Of a stretch of 64,000 nt of DNA, positions 24,638 to 38,325 are shown one piece after another. The first letter of the stretch is position 1. Each line of letters opens with the position of its first letter. The DNA is taken from NCBI RefSeq assembly GCF_006345805.1, contig NC_043010.1:26908001-26972000 (forward strand). The letters are read 5' to 3'. Position numbers and translations under genes: made by a program. A model generated the notes under the pieces. It saw nothing but the letters and a program-made list of their open reading frames with translations, was not told the origin of the DNA and ran no database searches. This DNA comes from Octopus sinensis (Eukaryota).

Positions 24638-25289
24638 TGCTGTGTTTTTTATATCAGTTTAAGTTCCTGTGTACCCCCCCAAAATGATGTGGGCTACATT
24701 TTTTGAAACGCATTACACAAACTAAAGAACAAACACCTTTAGCTGGCTGTCACTAGTGGGCTGAAAATAACAGCCTAGTCTCCCTCAAAGCACACCCCAG
24801 TGACTTAGATAAAGAAAAAATACATTATATGATGTAGTCCTTTTTTATGAACCCTAAGAAAAGATTTGGTTGTCGTGGTTGACGGTCTTTGATCAGAGGT
24901 CAGCTCAATTCCACATATCTTTTATTCTTTACTTGTTTCAGTCATTAGACTGCGGCCATGAAGAATGAGATATTTATGTATTTCAGAAAAAGATTAAATG
25001 GCAGTGCCCCAGCATAGCCACGGCTGATAAGCTGAAACCAGTTCAATTCAATGAATCAACCCCAGTATTTATAATTTATTTGAAACTTGGTACTTATTCT
25101 ATTGGTCTCTTTTGCCAAACTGCTAAATTACAGGGATGTAAACATACCAACACTGGTTGTCAAGCAGTGGTGAAGGAACACACACACGCTAATCATTTCA
25201 CCTCTTGCAGCAAGGGAACTTCTATATAATTGTCTCCTCTGCTTTATCATCATCATCATCAGCATCATCATCATCATCATCATCATCCA

Positions 25290-25775
25290 GTGTTTTAAAT
25301 CTGGGCTTTGTCCCCGTTAATAAGGGTGGCTGGATCTACTTCAATGCCATAGCAACCACCCTCACACCATCTCGCCATCTTGCCCGGTTTTGGATATCCT
25401 CCTTTTTCAAACCAACCCCACCAATCTCCCCCTCCACCTTTTCCTTGGTCTACCTTGCTTTCGCAGTCCATTTACCTCAAGCTCAACCAGCCTTCTCAGA
25501 ACATATTCCTCATCTCTCTTCAACGCATGCCCATACCACTACACTCCATTTGCCATTGCCAGTCCATTCCACCAATTCCTCCAAACCCAGCTTCCCCAGT
25601 CCTCCTCTTATCAAACAGTTTCACTCCATACATTCCTCTCACCATTGTTCTCTTGGTCCTTCTCATAATTGCCATCTCTCTCTCCCTCAGACACCATGTC
25701 TCACTCCCATACAGCATTGCAGCTCTCAAACAACTCCTATAAGCCCTTCCTTTCATCTTCAATGAGAGCCTTTTC
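25290..25775 (-). mobile_element. RTE-clade LINE 3' fragment (a second family)
   Basis: KGRAYRSCLRAAMLYGSETWCLREREMAIMRRTKRTMVRGMYGV; (GAT)n tail on the minus strand. Confidence 0.8.
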
Positions 25776-25780
25776 CCATT

Positions 25781-25817
<37 letters not shown>

Positions 25818-26268
25818 TAGAAGGTTTGGAGATGATGTACACATATTTTATATTAGAAGAAACGAGGTACTCAGAAATTCGGATGGTTTTATATTTACAG
25901 ATATTTATTTGTATGTTACATGTTTTCATACATCATATATCATATATCATATAATCAGCGCTTTCGTCCATTCTAGTGGAGTTTTCAAATTGAACTAAGT
26001 TCTTGCAGAAAATTCCACTCTTTTTATAGTGTTATGGAGTGTGTAGTGGTGGGGAGAGATATAAGATAGTACAAGAGGATGATGAATGGGAAGAAAGTGA
26101 GAGAGGGCATGTGTGTGTGTGTGCGTGCGCATGTGTGTGTGTTTTTGTATCTGAAAGAGTGTTAAAGAAAAAGAAGGAAAGGAAGAAAAGGGAGAGAAAG
26201 TAGAAAAAATTTTTGTTGATCTCTTTGTAGCTGGTCAGGTTGGCATATATATATATTGGACACACACA

Positions 26269-28104
26269 TCTCTATATATATAAAACTGAGAATGTGTGTC
26301 TGTCTGTCTTTCTGTCTGTGTGTTTCCCTAAAACTTGAGAACTGCACAACCAATTTCATTCAAATTTCTTACACATGCCTTACTTAGGGTCAGGGGAGTG
26401 TCATTGGCAAAAACTTTTAACTTTTTGCCTAAGGCGAGCCCACAGCAATATCATATCTTCTCCACTACAATTCCCTAAAACTTGAGAACTACACAACCAA
26501 TTTCATTCAAATTTTACACATGCCTTACTTAGGGTCCATGTAGTTTCATGGGCAAAAAAAAATGTTCAACTTCTTGCCTAGAGCGAGCCCATAGCAATAT
26601 CATATCCTCTCCACTATTTCAGTATTATGTGTTAAAAGTGAAACAAAAACGTTTCTCTATTTTATGTCAGATGCTTTCACTTTAACAATAAAAATAATAA
26701 TAACAATTGAATTATATGTAGTAAGTAATAATTAAAATCAAACTAAAGTATAATATAATCGTAACATAACAAAAGTAAAAATAGCAATTGGTATAAAATT
26801 GCATCAATGACTTGAACTTGAATAAGTGGTTTCACATGAATGGGAATAAATTAAAAATAAAATTAGCATGCAGAAATGGAATAGTCCAGATGGAGGTGTG
26901 CAATACCCTTAGCTAGCATTAAGTCTCTCTATGAAGTTTGGCTGTATGTAATATCTGTTTTCTCGAACAGCCGCTCCTGTTGGTTTATTTCTTATACATA
27001 AAGGACTTCAACTGCTTACTGCTTTCTGACTCATCATAAGGTTTGTTGTTATTATTACTGTTTAACTATTGTTATCACGTTTGTTGGTTCCTCATAAAGG
27101 AAACATTGTTGTGTTGCATTTGTTAAATAATTGTAAACTGTAACTCTCCCCCTTTAGGAGAAGGAGCTTTGGTTATTGTTTAAAAATTGAACTGTGTTCC
27201 TGTTTGGGGAAATTGACAATATTTCCACCGTTTACACGGAAACATTTTCGTTAGAATGCCTTCGATTGAAGAAAGTCCCAAAATGAATTTCGCTGCAGCT
27301 GTCGGCGGGCATGAACTCATTGAAATTAAAATGGAAGAAATACAGATTGATCAGCAACAAAGATGGTGAATCTAGGATAACACCATGAAACGAAATAAAA
27401 AATTAAATTAACGCAAAGTATATAAAGCAAAGTCTATAAAGTATACAACATAGAGAAAAAAAAGATTTGAACACTTGGAGGAAAGCACCATCGAAAAGTG
27501 TCTTGGTGCAACTATGAAAGATATCTAACCAGAGACGGTAAATTCGCCACAATAGAAGCAAGGTTCGAGTCAACGGAGCATGCAAGGGAGTACTCGACTT
27601 GAACCTTGCAAAGTGGAAATATTTTATTTCTACCTTTATATCTGGGACGTGGGACGTCCCGGATAAAAATTAAATATGCCCCCCCTCCCAGAAGTAGATG
27701 TAGGCTAGATTGTAGCCACACTTCTATACAAGAGGGAGGACAAGATCCAATTGATCGAAATTGCAAGACACGGGCCTACAATTCCAGTCTGTTATATATT
27801 TTGAGTATTGTTATCACTAGCGATATCAAGATATAACTTTGTATTTTGTATTTTATGTGTAGATGTATATATATATATAGATGTACATGTAATATGTACG
27901 TTAGGAAGGGCATCCAGCCGTAGAAACACTGCCAGATTTGACTGGGCCTGATGAAGCCTTCTGGCTTCACAGACCCCAGTAGAACCGTCCAACCCATGCT
28001 AGCATGGAAAACGGACGCTAAACGATGATGATGATGATGATGATATATACACATATATACATACACTAGCACTATGACCCAGCAACGACGGGTCATAATG
28101 CTAG
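26269..28104 (+). mobile_element. Non-autonomous Helitron copy B
   Basis: A|TC start, hairpin tatgaccc..gggtcata and CTAG|T end; internal ~150-bp duplication; RTE-tail insert near 27900-28040. Confidence 0.85.
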
Positions 28105-28203
<99 letters not shown>

Positions 28204-28236
28204 ATCAAATGAAATAAAGGAAAAACAAAGGATGTT

Positions 28237-28329
28237 GCGGTACATATGTTTCGGGCTTTATAGAACAACTTATTCTTACATCAATGCATAATCGACATAA
28301 CAGATAGTTCAAAAGCCTTCTTCAGCCAT
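28237..28329 (-). ncRNA. Type I hammerhead-like motif
   Basis: Minus strand: CUGAAGA; ggcuuu..gaac/guuc..aaagcc with A.C at the base; GAAA; AC-AUAU-GU palindrome; GUA; stem I about 3 bp. Confidence 0.55.
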
Positions 28330-28465
28330 GTGCAATTGCTACACCAAAGACTTGTATCACATTATAAAAGGTTTGAGAAAAAACATTTGGTATTGTTTAT
28401 AATGGTAGGTAAACCGAGTATCATTGGGAAAGTATGTTTGTAAATCTTCATAGGTGTACATGGTA

Positions 28466-29940
28466 TTAATAGACTCCAAAACAAATCGTCCATACCGTTT
28501 TTTCACTCGATATAGAATCGATCTTCATCGGCATAGAGGAGCTCCAGGGGCATCCTGTCTTGAATTCCTCCGTTATTGCCTGGAGGACTATGATAAATAG
28601 GAGGGGGCTGAGGACTGAACCTTGGTGGACCCCTACCTTAACCCGGAATTCTTCACTGTACTCGTTGCCAACCCTCACCTTACTTACAGCGTCCCTGTAC
28701 ATGGCTTGCACAGCTCTCACTAACGTTTCATCTATCTCTAGTTTCCTCATTGACCACCAGATAAGGGATCGGAGGACCCTGTCAAAGGCTTTCTCCATGT
28801 CAACGAAAGCGAGGTGCAGAGGCTTATTTTTGGCTAGGTATTTCCCCTGCAGCTCTCTTGCCAGAAATATAGCATCAGTGGTGCTTTTCCCTGGCACGAA
28901 ACCAAACTGCATCTCATCTAAACTCACTCTCTCCCTAATTAGTTGGGCTATGACCCTCTCCGTGACCTTCATTACCTGATCCAACAGCTTGATACCTCTG
29001 TAATTATTTGTATCTAAAGCGTCACCTTTAGCTTTGTAGCAGTTGACTATTATGCTGCTACACCAGTCATTGGGTATGACTCCTTCATGTATCACCTGGT
29101 TAACTATACGGGTGACTACGCTATAGCCAACACTGCTAGATATTTTGAGTATCTCTGCAGTAATTCCTGATGGACCAGGGACTTTCCCTGTCTTCATACT
29201 TCTAATTGCCTTAACTACCAATGAACTGTCAACTCAGATAACTGGTCCCTCTGTTGGGTCGACATTCGGCAGACTCTTTTTTTCCCATTCATTTTCTTTA
29301 TTCAGCAGCCTTTCATAATGGCATCTCCAAACCTCTCTCTTTGCATCCCCATTTAGTGCAAGAGAACTATCATCCATGCGGACACATTTCTCTCCTACAA
29401 CATCTTGATTCTCTCTCACACACCATCTTGCAACACGAAATACCTCAAGTCTTTGATCCTCACGGTGCAGAACATTGGCAAATTTTTTCTTATCTGCTTC
29501 CCCTCTGGCTAAATAAACCTGTCTCTTAGTTTCTCTTCTGGCAGTCTGATACACTTCCCTGCTACCACCATTCTTCCAGTCCTTCCAAGCCTGTCTCTTT
29601 TCTTTAATAGCCCTGTCTACAACATAGTTCTACCACCACGTTATTTGGGGACAAGAGGGGACTTTGCACCATCCACAGATCTGGTCAGTGGCTCTCAGCA
29701 GGTTGTCCCGTAGAAACCTCCAGTTGTCTTCTATGCTATGTGAATCTATATCCTCTTCTATTTCGTCAAAGTCTTCGAGTAATATGTCTCTAAATCTCTC
29801 TCCATTCGCAGGATCTTTGAGCTTCCAGAACCTTCTTCTCCATATTGGTCGTCTTCTGGTTGTCCTCTTAGTCCTGATCCTAAAGTCACTAACTACCAGT
29901 CTATGTTGTGGGGTACATTCTTAGCCTGGGAAGGTTTTGG
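28466..29940 (-). mobile_element. RTE LINE internal fragment
   Basis: RT motifs QFGF, AFVDMEKAFDRV, GVHQGSVLSPLLF; disrupted; truncated at both ends. Confidence 0.9.
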
Positions 29941-31301
29941 CATTTATGCATGTATATATACATATATATGTAGGTATGTATATATATATGTATGTATATA
30001 TGCATATATATATCATCATCATCATCATCATCATCGTTTTACATCTGTTTTCCATGCTGGCATGGGTTGCACGGTTCAACTGGAGTCTGGGAAGTCAGGC
30101 CCCAGTCTGATCTGGCAGTGTTTCTACAGCTTGATGCCCTTCCTATTGCCAACCACTCTGAGAATATAGTGGGTCCTTTTTACATGCCACCGGCACAAGG
30201 GGCCAGAGGAGCTTGCATTGACCATGATCGGATGGTGCTTTTAACATGCCACCAGCACGGAAGCCAGTCAAGGCAGCACTGGCATCGGCCGCATTCGAAT
30301 GATGCTTTTTACGCGCTACTGGCACAGGGCTCACAACTACAATTTATATATATATATGTATACGTTAGGCTTCTTTCAATCCCCATCTACAGAATCCACT
30401 CACAAAGCTTTGGTCAACTCGAGGCTATAATAGAAGACACTTGCCCAAGGTGCCCCACAGTGGGACTGAACACACAGCCATACCTGCACATACACACACT
30501 AATTGTTTCATCACTTGCAGCAAGTTATCTTCTCTGCTAGAAATAGCAGCCTAATCACCTCCAAATCACACCATATAAAGGACACAATATATAATATAGA
30601 CCTTACTATAAACCACTGGAAAAACAATGGATGGTCACAGCTGGAGTGTCTTTGATTATAGGTCTGCTTCATCAAGGTTGAATTGAGGCTAAAACAAAAT
30701 ACAGATGCATACATAAAGATTACATTCAAAAACAAGCACACACACACACACACTTGTGCGTGTGTGACATTCATCAACAAACACATACAGACATGCACAC
30801 ACACACACACACAAAAGCACACATACACAGACATACACACAAACAAACACATGCACCACACACAGATATACACACACAAATCACACACACACAAATACAG
30901 GTATACGCATACACTAGTACATACACACACACCAACACAGCAACATATACACACACAACACAAAGCACACATTCGCACACACACACACACACAAACACCA
31001 ACATGGACATGCTAACACACATACACACATGCACACACACTCACACACTCACCCATAGATACACATGCACACACACACGCATACACAAGTGGTTTGTTGG
31101 TGGCCATCCATCAATGGACAGACAGTCCTCAGTGTCTCTGCTTAGACCTACATTCTACCAAACCTTTATGCAGTCATTGATTTTCAGGATATTCTTCATG
31201 TTCTTTCGATTGCTTCCATTGTGCCTGGGTTTGAGGCTTTTTTTTTGTTTCCTTATTCTTTTTCTTCTTTCTTCATTTTTTTTTTTTTTTTTTTTTTGCA
31301 G

Positions 31302-31360
31302 TTATTAAACCATTCAACCTTACCAAACCGGCTTTCAGAAAAGTTCCGCTTCCGCAGCCT
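31302..31360 (+). CDS. CFAP99: Internal coding exon of CFAP99-like gene
   Basis: Poly-T tract + gcag acceptor, donor CCT|gtgagt. 59 bp; G|TT completes Val: VIKPFNLTKPAFRKVPLPQP, resembling the FNLTxP...PxPEP segment of CFAP99 as I recall it. Confidence 0.8.
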
Positions 31361-32019
31361 GTGAGTCAACATGTTACTATATATATAGGGAGAGAGAGAG
31401 AGACAGACTGTTAGGTAGACAGAGGGGAGGAGAGAGAGAGAACGACAGATAGATAGATAGATAAAGAGAAAGACAGACAGATAGATAGACAGACAGAAAG
31501 AAAGAGATAGATAGATTTAATATGTGCTGATGGTGGGAGCATCTATTATCAAGTCCTCGTGTTTTTGTCTGTGTGTGTGTCTGTGTGTAGTTGTATTTGT
31601 ATGCAAGAGAGAAAGCAAAAGTTAGAGAGAGAGAGTATGTGTGCGTGTGTGTATGTGCATGTGTGCAAGTATGTATATCCTGGGTATCACACTAAACTAC
31701 ATCCGGTGTTGAGACTCCAGTTTAGGAATTCCAGAATTGTGGGAAGCATGGAGTCAGCCCTTAATTACCGTTACTCCCAGACCCATTCTGACCTGGGAAC
31801 AGTAATACCTGTCTATGGGTTAAATAGATTGTTCGACTAACTCCCCCAAATGCCTGTCTATGGGTTAAATAGATTGTTCCCTAAGATAGAGGAAGCACCT
31901 GTTAATTTTCAACAAATCCATGGGGAAGGTCGCTCTTGTAGGAGAAGAAAGATGCTGATGTAAAATAGTAACCAGTCATCTTACAATGCTTGTCACTGGA
32001 ATCTACTATGATTTATATT

Positions 32020-32625
32020 ATAGGCACAAGGCCTGAAGTTTTGGGAGAGGGATTTAGTTGATTACATCAACCCCAGTGCATTATTGGTGCTTAATTTACT
32101 GACTGTGAAAGGATGAAAGGCAAAATCAACCTTGGTGAAATTTGAACTCAGAATGTAGCAACGGGTGAAATATTGCTAAGCATTTCACCCAGTGTGCTAA
32201 TGATTCTGCCAGCTCGCTACCTTAGAATCTTTTCTAGTCTATGTACAAGGCCTGAAGTTTTGGGGAAAGGAGTTAGTCAATTACATCAACCCCAATGCTT
32301 GACTGTGAAAAGGATAAAAGGCAAAATTTGAACCCAGAATGTAGCATTGAGCAAAATACCGCTGAGCATTTTGCTCAGAGTGCTAAAGATTCTGCCAGCT
32401 CAACGCCTTAGAATCTTTTCTACTCTATGGAACAAGGCCTGAAGTTTTGGGGGAGTTAGTCGATTACATTGACCCCAATGCATGACTTGTACTTAATTTA
32501 CCGACTGCAAAAGGATGAAAAGCAAAATCAACTGAAATTTGAACTCAGAACGTAGCAATGGGCAAAATACTGTTAAGCATTTCGCCTGACGTGCTTACGA
32601 TTCTGTCAGCTCGACACCTTCACAG
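32020..32625 (-). repeat. Three tandem degenerate SINE copies (~200-bp period)
   Basis: Repeating caaggcctgaagttttggg...gaatttgaactcagaa...gattctgccagctc. Confidence 0.8.
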
Positions 32626-32984
32626 GAATCTACTATGACAAGCAAAAAGAGGGGCAAAAGTGTTGTACAAGCATTTCTCAATTAAATCCAGTGATGTACA
32701 GATGTCTCACTATTCATTTTGTTTATCAATCCAATTTCTGTTTTGTAAAGTTCTATGTTGAGGGTTGCATGGTATTCATACACATGCAAAGATGAAAGTA
32801 AATTAGAGCAATCAGACTGAAAGTGTGATGGCTATTGTCAGACAAAATGTGGCAATCATCGTCATCATCATCATCATGTGTGTGTGTGTGTGTGTATATG
32901 TATATATATATATGTGTGTGTGTGTATGTGTGTGTGTGTGTGTGTATATACACATACATATACATGCATACACACATACATCAT

Positions 32985-33310
32985 CATCGTTGTTTAATGT
33001 CTGCTTTCCATGCTGGCATGGGTTGGACAGTTTGACTGAGGTCTGGAGAGCCAGTGTTTGCATCAGGCTCCTGTCTGATTTGGCAATGTTTCTACAGTTG
33101 GATGCTCTTCCCAACACCAATCACTCCAAGAATGTAGTGGGTGCTTTTTACATGCCACAGGCATGGGAGCCAGTCAGGGGGTACTGGCATCGACCACATT
33201 CTCATGGTGCTTTTTTATGTGCCATTAACACAGGAGCCAGTCAGGAGGTACTGCATCAGCCATGATCAGTTGGTGCTTTTTATGTGCCACTGCCACAGGA
33301 GTCGGTCAGT
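32985..33310 (-). mobile_element. RTE 3'-UTR-derived repeat
   Basis: catcatcgttgtttaatgtc..tttccatgctggcatgggttggacag, reverse complement of the RTE tail. Confidence 0.7.
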
Positions 33311-33392
33311 GGTCACTGGCCACAGCTGCACACATATATATGTATATATATATATATATGTGTGTGTGTGATTATCTTGATTTTTCCATATT

Positions 33393-33424
<32 letters not shown>

Positions 33425-33466
33425 CATATATTTGTATGTGTGTGTACATATATATATATAAGCTGC

Positions 33467-33625
33467 AGGAGTGGCTGTGTGGTAAGTAGCTTGCTTACCA
33501 ACCACATGGTTCCAGGTTCATTCCCACTGCGTTGCACCTTGGGCAGGTGTTTTCTACTATAGCTTTGGGCCGACCAAAGTTTTGTGAGCAAATTTGGTAG
33601 ACAGAAATTGAAAGAAGCTTATTTG
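33467..33625 (+). mobile_element. SINE head (family of 3545)
   Basis: ggagtggctgtgtggtaagtagcttgc... Confidence 0.8.
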
Positions 33626-33629
33626 TATA

Positions 33630-33660
<31 letters not shown>

Positions 33661-33664
<4 letters not shown>

Positions 33665-33981
33665 GAAATGAAGAAAATGCTGACAAAATAATTTAAGTAA
33701 GGGAGAGTGTATTTAATTAGGTGAAAGTTCTTTTTACCAGTTGCACATTTGTTATGCTTATCAAAAGATATTTTTTTAAGAGAGATAGAGTTCCTTTCTG
33801 ATAGATTTTTTTCTTTTATCTGATAAGAGAAAAAAATCTATCAGAAAGGAACTCTATCTCTCTTAAAAAAATATCTTTTGATAAGCATAACAAATGCGCA
33901 ACCGGTAAAAAGAACTTTCACCTAATTAAATACACTCTCCCTTACTTAAATTATTTTGTCAGCATTTTCTTCATTTCCTTT
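33661..33981. repeat. Near-perfect ~320-bp palindrome with 1-nt loop
   Basis: Centre ttatc-t-gataa at 33821; about 3 mismatches; (TA)n on both flanks. Confidence 0.93.
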
Positions 33982-34016
33982 TTATATATATCACAACTCA
34001 TGTTCCACATCTTTTT

Positions 34017-34094
<78 letters not shown>

Positions 34095-34329
34095 GTGTGT
34101 GTGTGTTTGTCCCCCACCATCACTTGATAACTGATGCTGGAGTGTTTATCTCCCCATCACTTAGCTGTTTAGCAAAAGAGACCGATAGGATAAGTACTAG
34201 GCTTACAAAGAGTAAGTCCTGGGGTCGATTTGTTTGACTAGAGACAGTGCTCCAGTATGACTGCAGTCAAATGACTGAAACAAGTAAAAGAATAAAAGAA
34301 TATAATGTCATCTTTTTGCTCGAAAAGTT

Positions 34330-35027
34330 TGCTGTATTGGTGGACAATTAACAGCATTGGAGTGCATGAAGATTAAAGTTGTAGTTAAGAAAAGGTTAGA
34401 TGACATGGAGGACAGGAAACCATTTGAATATTGGAAAGGAGTTACCTGTATTATGGTGATTCATGCTGGTATCAAATTGCCATCATGACTGCTGCTCAAC
34501 ACTGTAAAAGCTGTAAGACATGATCTCACTCATCAACTGATGAACAGGGCCTTAGGCTCTATTTAGATGGCTATGTGAAGTTGCTGGGGCCTGTGGTGAA
34601 ACCCTGGCTGGAGAGGGCTGCTTGCTGCTAGAAGGTCATATGTGTGGCGGCAGGCTTCAGTTCCTTGTTATACCTCCAGAAAGAGTCAGAAATGGTTGTC
34701 AGATAATTTCTCCAACTTTATCAGCCCCACTTTCTGACCTTGTAATTCCCTGGATTGTAATCCCATCGATTACTATGTGTGGGACATGGTTGAGAAAGAC
34801 ACCAACTGTTCTACTTGCAACAGCAAGGCCAAGCTGATAGCCAAGATCAAGGAGGGGTTCAAAGATCTTCCTAGGGACACTGGTGAATGTACGCTCCAGG
34901 TTCTTGAGCCATCAGGCTATCATGGAAGTTCAGGGCAGCTACTTTGAGGAAACTGTTATCTCCCGGCTGATATTTTTTGTTTTCTTTTCCTTTTATGCAA
35001 ACTGTTGAATTTAGCCCTAACACCCTG
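34330..35027 (+). mobile_element. Tc1/mariner (DD37D/maT-like) transposase relic with 3' TIR
   Basis: YVKLLGPVVKPWL...YVWRQASVPCYTSRKSQKWLSDNF...NSLDCNPIDYYVW...LPRDT; terminus ccctaacaccctg followed by TA. Confidence 0.8.
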
Positions 35028-35049
35028 TATGTGTATGTATGTATATATA

Positions 35050-35085
<36 letters not shown>

Positions 35086-35262
35086 TGTGTATATATATCT
35101 TCAAACCTTCTAAATATATATATATGACAATTTCTGTCTACCAAGGTTTTGGTCAGCCTGAGGCTTTAGTAGAAAACATTTGCCCAAGGTGTCATATAGT
35201 GAGTCTGAACCCTGAACCATGTGGCTGGGGAGTAAGGTTCTTACCACACAGCCATGCCTGTG

Positions 35263-35313
<51 letters not shown>

Positions 35314-35669
35314 TATATATACATACATATATATACATATATAATATAAAAATACAAAATGGCACAATAACGCAAAACATCCTGACAGTTAGGTTATACA
35401 AGAAAGGGACAACAAAACATCCAGAGAGACAATACAAAGGAAACAAGGATGGGTCATTCGGAATTTTCTTTCCTCAGTTGAGTTTCAGATTATCTTTGCA
35501 ATTTCAGCTGGTTATACTCGAGATTGCTCCAATCTGGCCAGCCCCAAGGATAAAACTAAGCTAAGAGCGTTAGATTCCTTGGAAGAAAGCAACGAATGTA
35601 TATGAAAACAAGGATGGAAAAAAAAATGGAGAAGGTTACACAAATACAAATAACAGGACATAACAACAT

Positions 35670-35719
<50 letters not shown>

Positions 35720-35734
35720 ATACATATGTATATA

Positions 35735-35773
<39 letters not shown>

Positions 35774-35816
35774 CTATATATATATATGTATATATATATG
35801 TGTATATATACATATT

Positions 35817-35873
<57 letters not shown>

Positions 35874-36243
35874 ATTTTATACGTAAGAGGTTTTCTGAGT
35901 TAGAGGTTACAATAACTGTCTAAGGGATAGAAATATCCATTACACTACCGATATTATCTATGTTTAACCATGGGCATACATATGCTCATAAATTATAGGA
36001 TAACAACAAGGATAAACATGAGTTTATCAAGAATCAAAATTGAAAGAAAAGAGAAAATGGAGATATATTGATGAGCAGCAATTGACGTACATCAATTATT
36101 GTTTATTAATTCAATACAATAGGTGAGATGCAGTCTATTTGTATTGAATTAATAAATAATAATTCATGTAATATTTGTCCATTTTCTCTTTTCTTTATAT
36201 ATATATATATATATATTATATACATACATACATACATATATAT

Positions 36244-36276
<33 letters not shown>

Positions 36277-36392
36277 CACACACATATCATCATCATCATT
36301 ATACACACACACATATATATATATATGTATGTATAATGATGATGATGATGTGTGTGTGTAAATATATATATATGTATGTATGTATGTATGTA

Positions 36393-36464
<72 letters not shown>

Positions 36465-36483
36465 CATACATACATATATATAT

Positions 36484-36514
<31 letters not shown>

Positions 36515-36622
36515 CACACACATATCATCATCATCATTATACACACACACATATATATATATGTATGTATAATGATGGTGATGATGTGTGTGTGTAAATA
36601 TATATATATGTATGTATGTATG

Positions 36623-36658
<36 letters not shown>

Positions 36659-36790
36659 TATATATATATATATACATACATACATACATATATATATACA
36701 TACATACATATATATATATACACACACATATCATCATCATCATTATACACACACACACATATATATATATATATGTATGTTGTATGTATG

Positions 36791-36821
<31 letters not shown>

Positions 36822-36837
36822 ATATATATATATATAT

Positions 36838-36885
<48 letters not shown>

Positions 36886-37072
36886 TAAGCAATTAAGGGT
36901 TTAGCAACGAATTGCCTTACCACACACCGAATTTAGAAATAGCAGTCAAAGAGATTATAGCTATTTCTTCTACTAAAAGGGAGATCACAGTAAAGGCACA
37001 GCATTTGAAAGGCAAACACAAACAGGCAAGAAAGAATGAATTAACGGCAATCTATCATACAGTTTTAAGTCA

Positions 37073-37163
37073 CCTACGGACGTACGTTTCGAGATCAAGT
37101 CTTAGGAAAGCGTAAGAATTAGATACTCTACCTTACCCAGACTTCTTCTTTCATCAGCGCAGG
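37073..37163 (-). ncRNA. Type I hammerhead, array copy (leftmost)
   Basis: Stem I ccugcg/cguagg; CUGAUGA; long stem II (aagucu/agacuu core, A.C at base); GAAA; AC-GUAC-GU palindrome; GUC site. Confidence 0.78.
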
Positions 37164-37656
37164 ATACAAACAATCATGAATGATTGATATTGAATTTTGA
37201 GATACTAGAAGGCACCAACTCAACTCAGTATCAGAGCGAGCTAGAAGCCACAGCTAGTATCACCAATTCAAAGTATGAATGAAAGCTTGTGTCACCAGTC
37301 CCTTCCCACCCGCCTGTAGCCAAGACAAAGTGCTGTGGTCATTTACTGGGATGAATATGGTTATGAGTAAACAATGAAGGTGTGAAATTAATTAATTTGG
37401 AATAATTATCAATTACACCAAGTAGTCTTCGGCATGTAAAAGCCTCATTCGAGGAAAATTTAAGTAATACTAAGCAATTAAGGCTTAGCAACGAATTGCC
37501 TTACCACACACCGAATTTAGAAATAGCAGTCAAAGAGATTATAGCTATTTCTTCTACTAAAAGGGAGATCACAGTAAAGGCACAGCATTTGAAAGGCAAA
37601 CACAAACAGGCAAGAAAGAATGAATTAACGGCAATCTATCATACAGTTTTAAGTCA

Positions 37657-37748
37657 CCTACGGACGTACGTTTCGAGATCAAGTCTTAGGAAAGCGTAAG
37701 AATTAGATAACTCTACCTTACCCAGACTTCTTCTTTCATCAGCGCAGG
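37657..37748 (-). ncRNA. Type I hammerhead, array copy
   Basis: Same motif as 37073-37163. Confidence 0.78.
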
Positions 37749-38233
37749 ATACAAACAATCATGAATGATTGAATATTGAATTTTGAGATACTAGAAGGCA
37801 CCAACTCAACTCAGTATCAGAGCGAGCTAGAAGCCACAGCTAGTATCACCAAATTCAAAGTATGAATGAAAGCTTGTGTCACCAGTCCCTTCCCACCCGC
37901 GTGTAGCCAAGACAAAGTGCTGTGGTCATTTACTGGGATGAAAATGGTTATGAGTAAACAATGAAGGGTGAAATTAGTTAATTTGGAATAATTATCAATT
38001 ACACCAAGTAGTCTTCGGTATGTAAAAGCCTCATTCGAGGAAAATTTAAGTAATTAAGGGTTTAGCAACGAATTGCCTTACCACACACCGAATTTAGAAA
38101 TAGCAGTCAAAGAGATTATAGCTATTTCTTCTACTAAAAGGGAGATCACAGTAAAGGCACAGCATTTGAAAGGCAAACACAAACAGGCAAGAAAGAATGA
38201 ATTAACGGCAATCTATCATACAGTTTTAAGTCA

Positions 38234-38325
38234 CCTACGGACGTACGTTTCGAGATCAAGTCTTAGGAAAGCGTAAGAATTAGATAACTCTACCTTACCC
38301 AGACTTCTTCTTTCATCAGCGCAGG
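38234..38325 (-). ncRNA. Type I hammerhead, array copy
   Basis: Same motif as 37073-37163. Confidence 0.78.

Noticed and set aside
35450-35530. CUGAGGA...GAAU motif on the minus strand (related copy at 15925-15960)
   Set aside because: GAAU instead of GAAA and no pairing for stem III or stem I in either type I or type III topology.
37395-37460. Second hammerhead-like motif in the 580-bp unit (CUCGAAUGA-GGC..GCC-GAAG)
   Set aside because: Core deviates at several invariant positions and I could not build stems I and III.
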